DNA of 64,000 nucleotides from Somniosus microcephalus (GCA_052327205.1 CM126207.1:189906001-189970000), one strand, 5' to 3'; positions 12,726 to 26,315 are shown, counted from the stretch's first letter. Program-made: numbers and translations. Notes: generated from the sequence alone by a model not told the origin.

Positions 12726-12984
12726 GACACTTGTGTGGAGAAATGGTGTAAGTGAGAGTAGGAATGCTTGCTAGACTTCAACCTGCTGCATATCTCATTC
12801 TTATTGGTAGATTCACATATGGGACAGCACCCGGGGCTTTCTTGGTTGCTTTTAGCTTTGAATTTTAACATATGTTGGTATATCTCTGGTTCTGTAAGGA
12901 AAGTTATCAAAGGTACAAAAATGTCCATAATACTAAAACTTTTCCATCCCCTTATAACTGGTGTTACTGAATATGTGTGATAAT

Positions 12985-13200
12985 CTAAATCCCTGCTAGC
13001 TCCCTTCCCCTCTCCTCATTATTAAAAGCCCTGATACTGTAAAACCCTGCTAGCCCCTTCCTCCTGTTCCTTGATATTAACTACTTGATATTTACTACTG
13101 TAACACTCTGATGGCCCTCCAACCCCATTTCCTGATATTGTAAAACCCTACTATCCGTTATTGCTAAATATGCCTCCTATAGTAAAACCCTGATAGCCCC
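12985..13200. repeat. Degenerate tandem repeat (aaaccctgctagcccc...gatatt)
   Basis: The ccctg(c/a)tagc and tgatatt motifs recur at short spacing. Confidence 0.55.
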
Positions 13201-13549
13201 CCCCCCCCCGTGTCTGCTGTTTACTATTGATTGTCAGTGATGCAATGAAACTTTTATATAACTCATCACAACACGTCTAGTGGGGCACATTTTTACCCAA
13301 GGTGTCCAGCTGCCCTGATCAGGGTTTTCCAACATGGCATTCTTCCAGTCTTATGGCTGGATAAGGAAGATAGACAATTTGTATGCTATGACACTGAATC
13401 AACTTTCTATCTACAGCTCCAAGACCCTTCCAATGGCTTTGGGATGGCAAAACCCAGCAGGTGTCCCAGTGACACGGGACTGGGTGCAGCAGAAGTGTAT
13501 CCATTCCAAAATGTGAGGATGTCTGAGCTTGTGGGGAGCATGATATTAC

Positions 13550-13960
13550 CAGAAGGTTGTGGATTCAAGCCCCACTCTAGAGACTTGAACACATAATCTA
13601 GGCTGACACTTCAGTGCAGTACCAAGGCAGTGCTGCACTGTCGGAGGCGCCGTCTTTCAAATGAGACATTGAACCGAGGCCCTGTCTGCCCACTCGGGTG
13701 GCTGCAAAAGATCCCATCGCATTATTTGAAGAAGTGCAGGAGTCTTCTCCTGGCCAACATTTATCCCTCAACCAACACCTAAAACAGATGTTCCGGTCAT
13801 TTATCATTGCTGTTTGTGGGACCTTGCTGTGCGTAAATTGCGTGTCACGTTTCCCCACATTACAACAGTGACTGCACTTTGACAGTACTTCATTGGCTGT
13901 AAGGTGCTTTAGGACATCCTGAGGTTGTGAGAGGCGCTATATAAATGCAAGTTCTTTCTT
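13550..13960 (+). mobile_element. Deu-domain SINE (SacSINE1-like)
   Basis: cagaaggttgtggattcaagccccact...gtgctgcactgtcggaggcgccgtctttc...ctatataaatgcaagttctttctt. Confidence 0.88.
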
Positions 13961-14879
13961 TTTAATGGATTGGTCTCCCATCTTCTCATCTGAAACTTAG
14001 TTAAAGGCTGATGGAGCAGCTCTATAGGAATTTGGAAAAGTTAACTCCCAGGAAGTTGAATTTACTCAAGTCCTTAAAAGATTTAGAGAAAAAACCCTCC
14101 ATAGTAAAATCCTCCACCTTTCTCATCCTTTTTTAATCTATGTTTTTTCCATACAAAGCACTTTGCATTTAGAAATCATGGTTATGCCTCAAGGGGACAG
14201 CTGAGCCTGCAAGTATAAATATTAACGTTATTATTCCTATTACAAACCAGATGTGTTCAGAGTAAGAATATATAACAAAACAAGCTCCAAGCAGTTTTCT
14301 TTTGACAATTATTTTTGAAATATTTGTATTTCCAGGGATCCTTCAGCTCATTGCATAACATCAATCTGTTTATAGATCCACCGTGGACTGTCACTTTCCT
14401 CAGTTTCCAAACATTTGATGTTATTGAGCAGATACTTATTCTGCAGTGACTGGGGTGGTGAGGGTGGGGGAGGAAAGAATGTTCATTCTGAAAACAGGCA
14501 TTGACACCATGACAGCAGACACATTCCAATATTCAGTTCACAATGTGCACCATGTATCTGTGGGTCCTTTCTTTTTATAACACTCTCACAGCTCTTGAAA
14601 TGATTTCCACAACCTTTTCTATCAGTACTGGATGTAATTATTGAGCATTGACTGAAGCTATCCAGTTATTGTGAGTATCCACAAGGTCAGTCAAGTATTG
14701 GGATGCATTTCAAAGGCAAATACACGGCTATTGTGGATTTGCCTCAATGAATCAGACTTGTTGCAGCAAACATTAGCCTTTGAAAGATCTGTAACTTGCA
14801 AATTATCACCCCCTGTACAATTTCTTAAGTTTTTATATGTTCCCAGGAACCATCAAGATCAGTTTTGTGAACCAAATGT

Positions 14880-15150
14880 TCTTGTTCGAGCTGTGTCTGG
14901 CAGCGGCCTGCTGTTATACCACCGAACCTACGAGAAAGGTTATTTGATAACAAAAGGAATTAAGTGATTTTAACCTTGTATAACTCAATAGTGAGGCCCC
15001 ATTTGGAACATTGCATGCAAATTTGGGTACCTTACCTTTAAATGGAGATTCATGCATTGGGAAAATCAACAAGGATAATTCTAGGAATCAAAATACTCAA
15101 TTACAAGGATAGGCTTACAGAATTGGCTGCCTTGTTAATGAAAAATAGAT
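14880..15150 (+). mobile_element. Highly decayed CR1 ORF2 fragment
   Basis: gtgaggccccatttggaacattgcatgcaaatttggg reads VRPHLEHCMQIW. Confidence 0.6.
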
Positions 15151-15199
15151 TAACAGGGACCATGAGCCAAGTCTTTTTTTTAAACACCTCCCTCCTCTT

Positions 15200-15585
15200 C
15201 CTGACTTTTTTTCTTCCCTCTTTCTCTCCGGCAGGCATCTGCGATCGCCCAGTGCTTTCTGGTACCTTGCCCAAGTGGTTATTATTTATATGTGAACCTG
15301 ACTGTAAGTTTTGACAGGCTATGCTACCTCACAGGGCATTACTGCTGAGCATGACTTTGATCCTGTCCTCACACATGAGCATCTCAAAATAAAGGTCAGG
15401 AGCAAGTACCATGGCCAACTTTACCTTGCCTAACCCGAAGGTGCTGAGGTCAATTGTAACACCACTTGGGGCGCCCAGGCTGAGATCAGCTAATTCAGCA
15501 GAGACTGCAGGGCTCAATCTGGAGGCCTTCCTGTTTGTACAAATCAGCCATGCATTGCTTTAACCAATTGAGTCATCAGAGAGTC
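15200..15585 (-). mobile_element. tRNA-type SINE family B
   Basis: ctgagatcagctaattcagcagagac is the reverse complement of the core seen at about 24320 and 33110; the same family occurs at 55600-55980. Confidence 0.6.
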
Positions 15586-16344
15586 ACAGGTCTGTAAACA
15601 TTCAGAGGCATGGATATTGTAGGTAGTCAGTATATTCAACTTAAACTGTGATGACAGAGTCGGGGAACACAAGGGCAAAGTTGGAAAGCCTCAAACAACA
15701 TATGTAGAATAAACTCCTTGGAAAGGCAGTTAGTGTTGTGTGGATTAAATATTTAAAAAAGAACTGGGTGAATGTCTGGTTAAGAACTGATTTGAAGGCG
15801 AACAGAATAAGTATAGATGTAGAATACCAATACTGTATGAAACTCTGCAGTTGTCATCCTGTTCGCACCTCAGGGATGGCATTGATTCATGTAATCAGGG
15901 CTGAATATTATAGTTTTTAATGTTAAATTGAGATCCTCCCAATGTCTTTGACGTTTAGTGGAATTTATCTGTAGGTGTTCACCTCACTGAGGAGATTAAA
16001 GCAGTTGGGTTGAGTGGTGCAACATTTTTTGAAAGGAGGAGAGTATCATGGGTTGGCTTCTCCTTTCTCATTCCGTGCTTTCTTACTGTTGTGTGATAAC
16101 ACATTTTAGGGAATGATTGAAATTGCTTCTTGTTTAATGTCTCTTCTTTCACTTCTGGGACATGGCTTCAGATCTGATCCAGTGCCAGGAGATGAAGGTC
16201 TCCCCTCTCTGGCAGAGGGCATGATGGTTCTATCATTGAATGTAGGATTGTGTCAAATGACATCTCTCTGTTCCCGCTGACCTTATTTCAGAAGGTACCT
16301 GCTTTTGATGATCATTTCCACTGGCATTTATTCCCAACAAACAG

Positions 16345-16482
16345 GTCACCATCAGAACAGAGGATATTGACCTTGCTGGCGAAATCATTCAGTCCCTGGC
16401 ATCCTTCCTGGCCATTGAAGACCTCCAGGTGGAAGCAGATTTCCCAGCTTACTTTGAGGAGCTGCGCCAAATACTTGTTCAG
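16345..16482 (+). CDS. BBS2: BBS2 exon (human exon 14 equivalent), 138 bp
   Basis: caaacag|GTCACC...GTTCAG|gtaggt. Encodes [46 protein letters not shown], translated by hand because the ORF track shows a different frame. Confidence 0.95.
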
Positions 16483-17639
16483 GTAGGTGTGCTACTCATC
16501 CAGTAACTCTACATACATACGTGCCAACTATCAGTATTTGAAGCTGATAAGTGTTTGAACCCATGGGTCAGTTTGCTAACATTTCATTAGAAAAATAAAA
16601 TGCTTTTTTTCATTCAAATTGAAGGTTCTCTGAGTGAACCAAACCGGTCAGCTGAATCGATAGTCTATCAGAACCAATAAACCAGGTGTTACTTTCTCCC
16701 ACTGTTGGTGGCAGGAACTTGAGGCAATTTTATTTTTAAGATGAGCTGGTGGTTTCTGAAAATTACAGTTCCAAATGTGCTTATTTATTATTTATCCACA
16801 CAGAAAAGTTATATATAACAAATAAGTTGCTAAAACTTTTTTTTAAAGGAGCTTTCTGGGGTATGCCCATCTGTTGTCTTATATGAAGGTTTATTTTCTT
16901 TAAAGCTACTTGCAGCTGCTTTTTTGAAATAAGGAGGATGTCGGTGGAATCGTGAAATTGCCATGATTTGGAAATAAAACCGGGAGTGGGGCTGAAATGG
17001 TATTGATTTTACTTAATGTTTAAAAATACTGAAACTCTCGAATTTAGCATTTTACACAGCATACTACTTCGATGTGGCCTGTTTTTGGGTGAGTTGCAGC
17101 ACCAGTTATGTTCTATAACTTTCAAAGCTGCACCCAGTTTGTTTATGTGCTTGTGGCGAAGGTCCCTTTGTTACCATGGAGGTCCCTTTGTAATGGTAGG
17201 GTAACTAGGGAGAGAGCCTGTGTCCCCTGTATTAGTGGCCAACACATGAAAATGTGAAGGCATTAATAATCGATTGAATATTGGGCCAAGTGGCTCCCCA
17301 TGCCTGACCTGTACTTGTCTTTGTGAAAAACAATAGGTTACAAAGAAGAATACAGCACATTATAAACATCAGACTAGAGCGCTCTGTACCTGTTTCTGCA
17401 AACTACCTTTTTGTGCACTTCAGTTTTTATTTGTTTGATTGTGGCGTGTAACGATTTTATTTCCCAATACAAGAAAGGAAACCTTTTTGACAGGGACTTC
17501 AAACAAAAATTTAAATCGAGGAGAGAAACATCATATGGTGGAGTCATGCATTCGTCCACTATTGCCATCAATGGTAATTTCTAGTCTTTCGTGTTTTTAA
17601 AAATGGAAAATATTTGAAATGCACATCTGGAAAAGGAAA

Positions 17640-17740
17640 CAAAAATGAAAATAAAGCTGTAAATGCTGGAAACACACAGTACTTTAGTCAACATCAGTTG
17701 ACATACACCTGCTGTGTATTTCCAGCAGTTTCTGTTTTTC
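17640..17740. repeat. Short fold-back element (Penelope-terminus-like family)
   Basis: aaatgctggaaacacacag ... ctgtgtatttccagcagttt inverted arms; related to 35700-35760, 36230-36410 and 39260-39770. Confidence 0.65.
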
Positions 17741-18039
17741 CTCTTCTATAAGGGCAAGACGGTTCAAAGTATTGGTGTGACCTTTCACCAGAACTTGGTT
17801 CTCCGGTTTTGTTTCCTTGATAATGACTAACCCTTATTCCCCACCTCCAACGCTACATAGAAAAGTATATTATTTAATTTTAAATCATTAAATCAGCATA
17901 CCCTCAATCCAGGTAATCCTCAGCCTGTCTCTGGGGTCTGGGACAAGAACTGATTCGATAGTGAGATAGATTTGTCTTGAGTATAGCATATATGTATATG
18001 TTGTAAAATGTTTAGGTTCACGAGGCCATTCAGCCCATT

Positions 18040-19255
18040 GCTGTACAAGAGTAAGGAAGTCTTGCTGCAGTTGTACAGGGCTTTGGTGAGACCACACCTG
18101 GAGAACTGTGCACAGTTCTGGTCTCCTTATCTAAGGAAGGACATGCTTGCCTTAGAGGCGGTGCAACGAAGGTTCACTAGATTGATTCCTGGGATGTACA
18201 GTTGTACAGGGCCTTGGTGAGACCGCACCTTGAGTATTGTGTGTAGTTTTGGTCACCTTACCTGAGGAAGGACGTTCTTGCCATGGAGGGAGTGCAGCGA
18301 AGATTCACCAGGCTGATACCTGGGATGGCAGGAATGACGTCTGAGGAGAGATTGTGTCGATTGGGCTTATACTCACTGGAGTTTAGAAGATTGAGAGGGG
18401 ATCTCATCGAAACCTATAAAATTCTGTCAGGTCTGGACAGACTAGATGCAAGAAGGATGTTTCTGATGGCCGGGGAGTCCAGAACCAGGGGTCACAGTCT
18501 AAGGATAAGGGGTAAGCCATTTAGGACTGAAATGAGGAGGAATTTCTTCACCCAGAGAGTGGTGAACCTGTGGAATTCTCTGCCACAGAGGGTGGTGGAG
18601 GCCAATTCATTAAATATATTCAAGAAAGAGTTGGATATATTTCTTGAGGCTAAAGGGATATGGGGAGAAGGCAGGGATATGGGGAGAAGGCAGGGACAGG
18701 GTACTGAATTTGGATGATCAGCCATGATCTCATTGAATGGCGGAGCAGGCTCGAAGGGCCGAATGGCCTACTCCTGCTCCTATCTTCTATGTTTCTATGA
18801 GAGGGCTGCCCTATGAGGTGAGATTGAGTAGAATGGGCCTATACTCTCTGGAGTTTAGAAGAATGAGAGGTGATCACATTGAAACATATAAGATTCTGAG
18901 AGGGCTTGACAGGGTAGATGCTAAGAGGCTGTTTCCCCTGACTGAAGAGTCTAGAACCAGGGGTCACAGTCTCAGGTTAAGGGGTAGGCCATTTAGGACT
19001 GAGGTGAGGAGAAATTTCTTCACTCTGAGGGTTGTGAATATTTGGAATTCTCTACCCCAAAGGGCTGTGGATGCCCAGTCGTTGAGTATATTCAAGGCTG
19101 AGATCGATTAGATTTTTGGACACTAGGGCAATCGAGGGATATGGGGATCAGGCAGGAAAGTAGAGTTGAGTTCGAAGATCAGCCATGATATTGAATGGCG
19201 GAGCAGGCTCGAGGGACCGTATGGCCTACTCCTGCTCCTATTTCTTGCGTTCTTA
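18040..19255 (+). mobile_element. CR1 3' fragment (18040-18196 plus 18800-19255) with a second, young CR1 (18197-18799) nested inside
   Basis: The host reads IPGM|RGLPYE across the insertion. The insert is highly similar to about 1527-2080 and ends ttctatgtttctatg. Confidence 0.93.
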
Positions 19256-21042
19256 TGGCGACTGTGTCGTCTCTCTGAAAGAGCTATTCACTTAGTCCAC
19301 TTCCGCTACCCTTTCCCCACACCCTTTAATTTGTTCTTTTACATTTTTCTTTTTAAAAGCTATTTTGGATTCTGCGTCTCCTGTTTTTGGCAGGGCATTC
19401 CATATCTTAACAATTCACTGTTTTTAAAAAAAAAACAATTCTCCTAGCCTCAAGAGTCTGGGAATATGTTCCCAAGGAATGGACCTGACCCAGTACTGTA
19501 TTGAAGTCTATACAACTACTTTTATTTTCATATATCCAATCCTATCAGAAGAAAACATTTTAGCAGGAAAGACAGAATTACAGTAGGTTCTAAAATACTG
19601 GAAAATGGACCAAATAAAAATCAAAATTTTCAGTTGGGTAAGCATCCAGACCCCACTAGAAAATACATTCCATGATATCAACACTCACATGCCCGGTCAG
19701 TAATTTCTGATTCCCACCACTGCTACAAACTGAGGAGGATGAAGGAAGAGTGTAGGTGGGGTGAAAACAATGTGGGGTGAGAAGAGGAGAGGCAGAGATG
19801 AGGGGCAGAGAAGGGGAAAGAGCAGAGAGGGAATGGTAAAGGGAGTAGAGGGAACAATGTAAGGGGTGAATGAGGGATGGAATCAACATTTACCTCAGTG
19901 AAGAGGGGAGAGGAGTGCCCGAGTTACCTCGGGGCTGTTACAGGAGTGGGGTTATTCAATGGAGGATCACATTCGGGAAGTGATTTTGCTCAGGGAGCTT
20001 GGGGAGAAGGGGTTCTGGGCTCGAATGCTGTCTCAGCTGGGGGTTGGTGCTGTTGCATGATTTATCCTCGCCAGGGTGGTGTGTCTGTTGCACCATCGGA
20101 GACGGGGGTGGGGTAGGGTAAAGCTGGTTGCGGGAGAGGGGTGTTTCATCTCATTTGAGGTTTTACCTCTGTTCTGCCAAGAAAGAGGGAGTTATGAGCA
20201 CTATCTTTCTGAAGGCCTCGTGCATGCGTCTGGTCGCAGGTGACTTTCAATTCGATCTTAGTCTAACTTTTTCTTTTTTTAAGTTAAAGAATGATCTTGC
20301 AGAATTGTTAAAACTGCTCTGTGCTTTTGCTAAACAGATTAAAAAAAAAAAATCTTCCTGTGTGATTCCAAAGGTGTGTTTTTTAAGGATTGAGTGATCC
20401 TGTCACATAACATTGTGTCATTTAACATTATGTTCACAGTGCAGCACAGAGGAGCAATTTCTTTGGTATGTTGTGACCAAGCACCATTTATAATATGTAA
20501 TAGATTCATAGCTCCAAATGTCTTGGACTGTGGGTCAGCTGCTGCTACTAAATTATATTAATGTTGAATGGTGTGGTTGGAGTTTAGTTTTAAATTTACA
20601 GATTTCAAACACTGAGGGAGATAGATGGTCCAGTGAGATGAACTGAACGAGGAAAATGTAATGGATTAATTTATAACTGGAACAGAGTTATACATTTAAT
20701 TGTTAGTTAGTGGATTGAATGAATTACTTAATTTGCCATGTGGAGACCGTCAATTTGTTACAATTATGGAAGCATGAATTCATTTGAAGCGAAGATAGAA
20801 CTATTTATTTAATTGCTGTTACTAGATTAGGGAATGTTACCTACTTAATTGTTTATTTTTAAGTTAGCATGCTGTGGTTGGAGATATGCTATGAGAGTTC
20901 TGAAAATAACCTTAAGAGTAAATACAATAAAATAATGTTGATAAAATAGAAAATGTCCATTTAAAACTGGATTAAAAATAATAGGAATTATTTACAATAG
21001 AGATACTTAATACAGTAACCAAAATACTTAACAATACTTAAT

Positions 21043-21776
21043 GGCCCGGATATTCCGATCCCTACGGGTGGGTACGCGCTGTGTACATCGGAAATGCTGG
21101 TTTTGGGCATGCGCTGAAAACCGGTATTTCCAATCTGTCAAGAATGCTCTTGACAGATCGGACGCCTGCCCTGGAGAAGGGCCTCTGCGAGTGGATAGTT
21201 CCGCTTTCTGGAGACCCTCTGTCCACAGAAAACCCTTAGAATTCTTACGCCTGGTAAAAGCGTAAGGCCTGCTTTTACCAGGATAAGAGTTGAAAAAAGT
21301 TTTTAAAAAAAAAACATTTTTTCAGTCATTTATCATTTAAAAATACTTTTTAAAAAAATGTAAGTTTATTTTTAGCCCCGTAAAAAACTTTAATTTTTTT
21401 CAAAAAATTTAATTTTTGTTTAAAGTATTTAATTTATTGTAATTTCAATTAATTTTAAAAAGGTGATGGTTTTTTTAAAATTTATTTAAAGTTTTACTAT
21501 TTTTTCATTGATCTCCATTCATATATTTGACAGGTCTATCTGTCAAGTGTATGAAGGGAGATTCCCTTCTTTGATTGGCTCCCCATGGCCCATGTGATCA
21601 CAGGGACGCTTGCGAACCACATGCGCCTCTGGGATACGTGGGCCCTGCGCACTTGGAGCTGGAGAGGCCCAGCATCGGAACTATACGCACCTTGGGAGCC
21701 CTCCGGTAAGTGCGTAGATTTTTTCCAGATCGGAGGCCTCCGTACGCGGGAAGCCTCCGATCGGAAAATATGGCCT
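21043..21776. mobile_element. MITE family A, opposite orientation to 9998-10699
   Basis: Ends ggcccggatattccgatc / gatcggaaaatatggcct, flanked by aat on both sides. Same ctggtaaaag...cttttaccag stem and gtatcccag...gatcacatgggcc core. Confidence 0.8.
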
Positions 21777-22963
21777 AATATGTATACTTTGATAATATAT
21801 TAGTAAATTGCACATGGTGTCACCCAGTCAGTTGATGAACACAAGTTCTTTTATTTGAAAGGTGGTGACACAAACTCTCTACAGTGCCACATACTGGCCA
21901 GAACCTGCAACCACATGGTTATAGGCAATTGTGTACATATAGGATTTCCATTCTATGTTGGCAGTTTCAATGTTAAATGTTGATGTAAAGGCGTGACAAC
22001 AGAGTGCACACAAACCAAGATTTTTAATAGTATATAGAGAATTAATCTTTAACATTTGATATTATGAAATGTTTCTGAAACTAGTAAATAGAAAAACAAA
22101 TCATAATCAATTTTCCAATAGAAAATCTTTTAAGATAAATTAGGAACTTGCATTAAAGAACAGAGTCGGGGTGGCTGAGGGAACAGAGAAAAGAATCATG
22201 TGGAAATGAAGTTAAGAGCTGGAGCAGGGCAGACTGCACTCTATTCTAATAGGAGGGCTGGGGTAAATGGGAAGGACTACAGCATGGCCAATGCTGGTTT
22301 TTAAAAATACATGGACACCCCAAAGGGGGGCTGGAGGAAGTGTTGCCGACAGGTCATGCAAAAATTAAATTCATAGTTTGTGTGCCCATCAGCACCATTT
22401 GAGCTTAGCAGTCACAACCAGGCTAGGGCAAGTGGGGCCGATGCTAGTGTTTACAAAACATTAGTGACACTGCTTGTGCTTTGTTCTAAATCAGTTTTTA
22501 ACTTACGATAATATTTGCATGCTCTTATCTACTTTTCTTATTGAATTGCACTGTTTTAATATTCCCCCTTTTTAACCTTTTTATTCCTCTGTTAGTTTCT
22601 TACCCCACCCCCACCGTGCAATGCGCCATTCCCCACAGGACAGAGGACCTTCTTTCAGGGCTCTGATGGGATACTGAATAATTCACTGTCTGAACACTGC
22701 TTTCACCTCTTAAGACCTTGGTTCCTATCCATTGCGACACGGATCTTGTGCTTCTGATGGGAGTCTGGGTGATGCATTGTATTTAAATACAAGACTTTCA
22801 TCTCTTGGTTCAAGTCCAGTTCAGACAAGTTATGAAGATTTCTTCCTCTGATTACACAGCACAAAGAGACTCTCATATTCAGCACACATAGTGCTGATCT
22901 GCCAGGCATACCTTATGGGCCATTTGAGAGATGGAAAAAGCCACATTAAGAGGGATAATAGTA

Positions 22964-23686
22964 CAGGTAGACTATCCTTTATCCGCACTTCCGAAAACCT
23001 CTAAAAACCGAAAGTTTTTTCGTGGAGCGTAAGTCGTGCGCACGACATGACCTGAGTGGCGCCAAACATGACAGGAGTGGTCCGGGAGCTCTGCCTTTCC
23101 CTGTGAGCAGGGCAGAGGGTCACAGAGTTCCCTCCTGGGTAGGAGATTGCAGGCCGAGCCGGGCAATGTGAAGGAGGTACCGGGAGAGTGAACCCAACAA
23201 TACAGCGGCCTGTCCGATAGCTGCAGCGGCCTGTCCGATAGTCTTTTCTCTCCGCCCCCCCGACCTGATTTGCGGGCCAGCTTAGTGTAGGAGTCAGCCG
23301 ATATCCGGCTTTCCCACAACTGGCGGCGGCAGTCGAGCCCCAGAACCCCTCTAAGTCAAGGAATTCAGATACGGAGCAGGGGGAGCCGGAAACCTCGATC
23401 TAACGGCAGAAATCAGCAGCCGTTTTGTTAGGTTTTTTTTCTTCCCCCTAGCATTTTCTTTCTTCCCCTAGCATTTTTTTAAACAGTCAGGCTGTGGAAA
23501 GAGTCTCTGTAGCTTAGCAACAGCTTCAGAGACGCTTCCAAGGCAGGGCCCGAGTGTTTGCAAGCTGTTGCTAAGCAACAGTGTTTGTTGTCAGATACGG
23601 AGATGAAAACCTTCTGAAATCCGAAAAATTCCGAAAACCGAAACACAGCTGGTCCCAAGGTTTTCGGATAAAGGATAGTCTACCTG
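22964..23686. mobile_element. Tc1/mariner superfamily (pogo/Tigger-like) MITE, perfect 22-bp TIRs, TA TSD
   Basis: TA|caggtagactatcctttatccg ... cggataaaggatagtctacctg|TA. Subterminal ccgaaa repeats resemble Tigger4/MER46 as recalled. No transposase ORF. Confidence 0.92.
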
Positions 23687-23851
23687 TACCTCAATTATTG
23701 GTACAGTTTTAATTGATTCTTGCATAGTTTTTGTCCCTGTAATACCGATGCAGCCATTGTTTCTGATTAAATTGTATCCCATTGCTCTAGCAAATCAGTG
23801 GGAGGAATGGTTTGCACAGATATGCTGATTTGTACTGCTCTGTCCCGACAG

Positions 23852-23964
23852 GTAGATGACTACCATTCTGTGCATCAAAAACTTACTGCAGAGATGGCCG
23901 ATCACTCTAACCTGGTCCGTAGCTTGCTGGTCCGGGCAGAGGATGCACGACTAATGGGAGACAT
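23852..23964 (+). CDS. BBS2: BBS2 exon (human exon 15 equivalent), 113 bp
   Basis: tgtcccgacag|GTAGAT...GACAT|gtgagt. Encodes [37 protein letters not shown](M). Confidence 0.95.
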
Positions 23965-24244
23965 GTGAGTAATTGATGCGGCAATGGCGAATGAGGCTCA
24001 AATGTGATATAGAGGGGTCAAAATAAACTAGTGTGGCTGAACAGTTTGTCTGCAAGACACATCCCATTGTGATGGCACTTTGTTGGGTGCAAATCATGGT
24101 GTTCAAAACTTGTTGGAAAGTCTGCCTGTAGCCTAGCAATATGAGCTAGTCTGAGATTCTCCATATTGTCAGCTGTAGGTGAATGATTGCAAGTGAGAAA
24201 TTAAGTTACAAATTTACTGCCAGAAATAGCTTTGTGGAATCATC

Positions 24245-24500
24245 CCTGGTTCAGTGGGTAAATGTGCCAGTCATTTTGGTACTCTGCCATATAGACGATC
24301 AGGTCCCTGGTTCAATCCCTGGTCTGTGCTGAATTGGCTGATCTCTACCAGGGTAGCAATTGGGGACATTACAGTTAGTTTCAACATCCCTGGACTTGAG
24401 CAAGGGGAAAAATTCAGCCAGGGTTGGTGCTGCTGATTGCTGTGCAGTAACCCTGAAAAGTGCACGTCCATGGAGATTGGGCTCAACTGTCATGCCCTCC
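24245..24500 (+). mobile_element. tRNA-type SINE family B
   Basis: Box A-like tggttcagtggg and box B-like ggttcaatccc, then ggtctgtgctgaattggctgatctc. Confidence 0.65.
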
Positions 24501-24585
24501 ATTGTGTAAACAGAAACATGCACACAGCTCATAGAGGTAAGAAAACACTTGAGGGAAAAGAGTCACTATTATTTAAATATGAAAA

Positions 24586-25290
24586 CATAAAGAACATAAG
24601 AAATAGGAACTGGAGTAGGCCATTTGGCCCTTCGAGCCTGCGCCGTCATTCAATAAAATAATTCTACCTCTGATCTCCTTCTACCTCAACTCCACCTTCC
24701 CGCACGATCCCCATATCACTGGATTCCCTTAGTTCCCAAAAATTTATCAACCTCTGTCTTGAATATACTCAATGACACAGCTCTGGGGTAGAGAATTCCA
24801 AAGATTCACAACCCTTTGAGTGAAGAAATTTCTCCTCATCTCAGTCCTAAATGGCCGACCCCTTATTCTGAGACTGTGACTCCGTGTCTAAGATAAGAAA
24901 AAGACCATTTGGCCCATTGAGTTATAAAGGCTAACATTCCATTAGCCTTTTTGCTTATTTTTTTGTACCTGACCACTACCTTTTAGTGATCTGTACATGG
25001 ACCCCTAAATCACTTTGGACATCCACTGTTCCTAGCTTTTCACCATTTAAAAAAATAATCGGTTCGATCCTTTTTTGGTCCAAGATCGATGACCCCTCAC
25101 TTATCTGTGTTGAAATCCATCTGCCACAGTTTTGCCCACTCATTTAATCTATCAATTTGTAATTTTATGTTCCCGTCTACACTACTTTCAAATGCCACCA
25201 ATCTTTGTGTCATCGGCAAACTTGGATATATTGCTCTCTCTTGTGTTATCCAAGTCATTAATAAATATAGGGAAGAGTTGAGGCCTCAGC
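24586..25290 (-). mobile_element. CR1 fragments (3' tail about 24586-24890; RT piece about 24920-25290)
   Basis: cataagaacataagaaataggaactggagtaggccatt tail. catcggcaaacttggatat reads ISKFADD on the minus strand. Confidence 0.85.
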
Positions 25291-25954
25291 AGTTATTGGA
25301 AACGCCAGTGTGTGGGTTTTACAATGAGTGAGTTTTCTCCTTAACTCATCAAAGCATCAATCTACCGTGAATTTTATTGTAGGCACCGCCGTCCTCGAGT
25401 AGTAGAGCAAAACGACGGTAGCAAATCGGCAGCTTGTTTTACAAGGAAATCGGGCAGGGTGTAATACAGGCGGCTGATTCGCTATCGCCTGTTTTGCGCT
25501 ATTGTCCAAGACAAATTTCACCCTCTACATATTCTCCTTTAGTTATCCTTTGAATAATTACCTTTCCCTTACACGGGAGCAATGTTGTCAGTAGGATTAT
25601 GTAAAGCATAATGGTGAGAATTATTATCACAGAGCTGCACTGTCTGCATTTTTACACCTTAGTAACGCATGATGCTAGGTGTGTGAAATTTTCATGTGAT
25701 GGCCACTCGAACTGTGGAAAAAGATTCAGCAATACAATATGGATCTGATTCCTCAAAACTTGAGATGTGTCTGGAGAGAAAATTTTGAGCTGTATAACAC
25801 TGGGGTGAAGTGCTGGTAGGCACAGGTCTATCACTGGTTGCAAAAATGGTTGAAGTTATGAATTAAGACAACAAACATATCACATGGCAAAGTCTATTAG
25901 CCTAAATGTGTTTTCCCCCTATAGCATATAGCTACCACTACACTAAATAAAGCC

Positions 25955-26315
25955 AGTGGAGCAGAGAAGGCTAAGAGGAGATTTGATAGAGGTGTTTAAA
26001 ATCATGAAGGATTTAGATAGAGTAAATAAAGGGAAACTGTTTCCAATGAAAGGTCGATAACGAGGGCACTGATTTCAGGTGATTGGCAAAAGAACCAGAG
26101 GTGACATGAGGAAAAACTTTTACGCAACGAGTGGTTAGGTTTTGGAATGCAGTGTCTGATAGGGTGATGGATACAGATTCAATAGTCGCCTTCAAAAGGG
26201 AATTGGAGAAAAATTGCAGGGATATGGGACTAACTGGATTGCTCTTCAAAAGAGCCGGCACAGACTCAATGGGCCGAATAGCCGCCTTCTGTGCTGTACT
26301 ATTCTATGATTCTAT
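25955..26315 (+). mobile_element. CR1 3' fragment
   Basis: agaaggctaagaggagatttgatagag...gggccgaatagccgccttctgtgctgtactattctatgattctatg. Confidence 0.88.

Noticed and set aside
19730-19880. Purine-rich tract
   Set aside because: Low-complexity GA-rich sequence with no clear period or other supporting feature.
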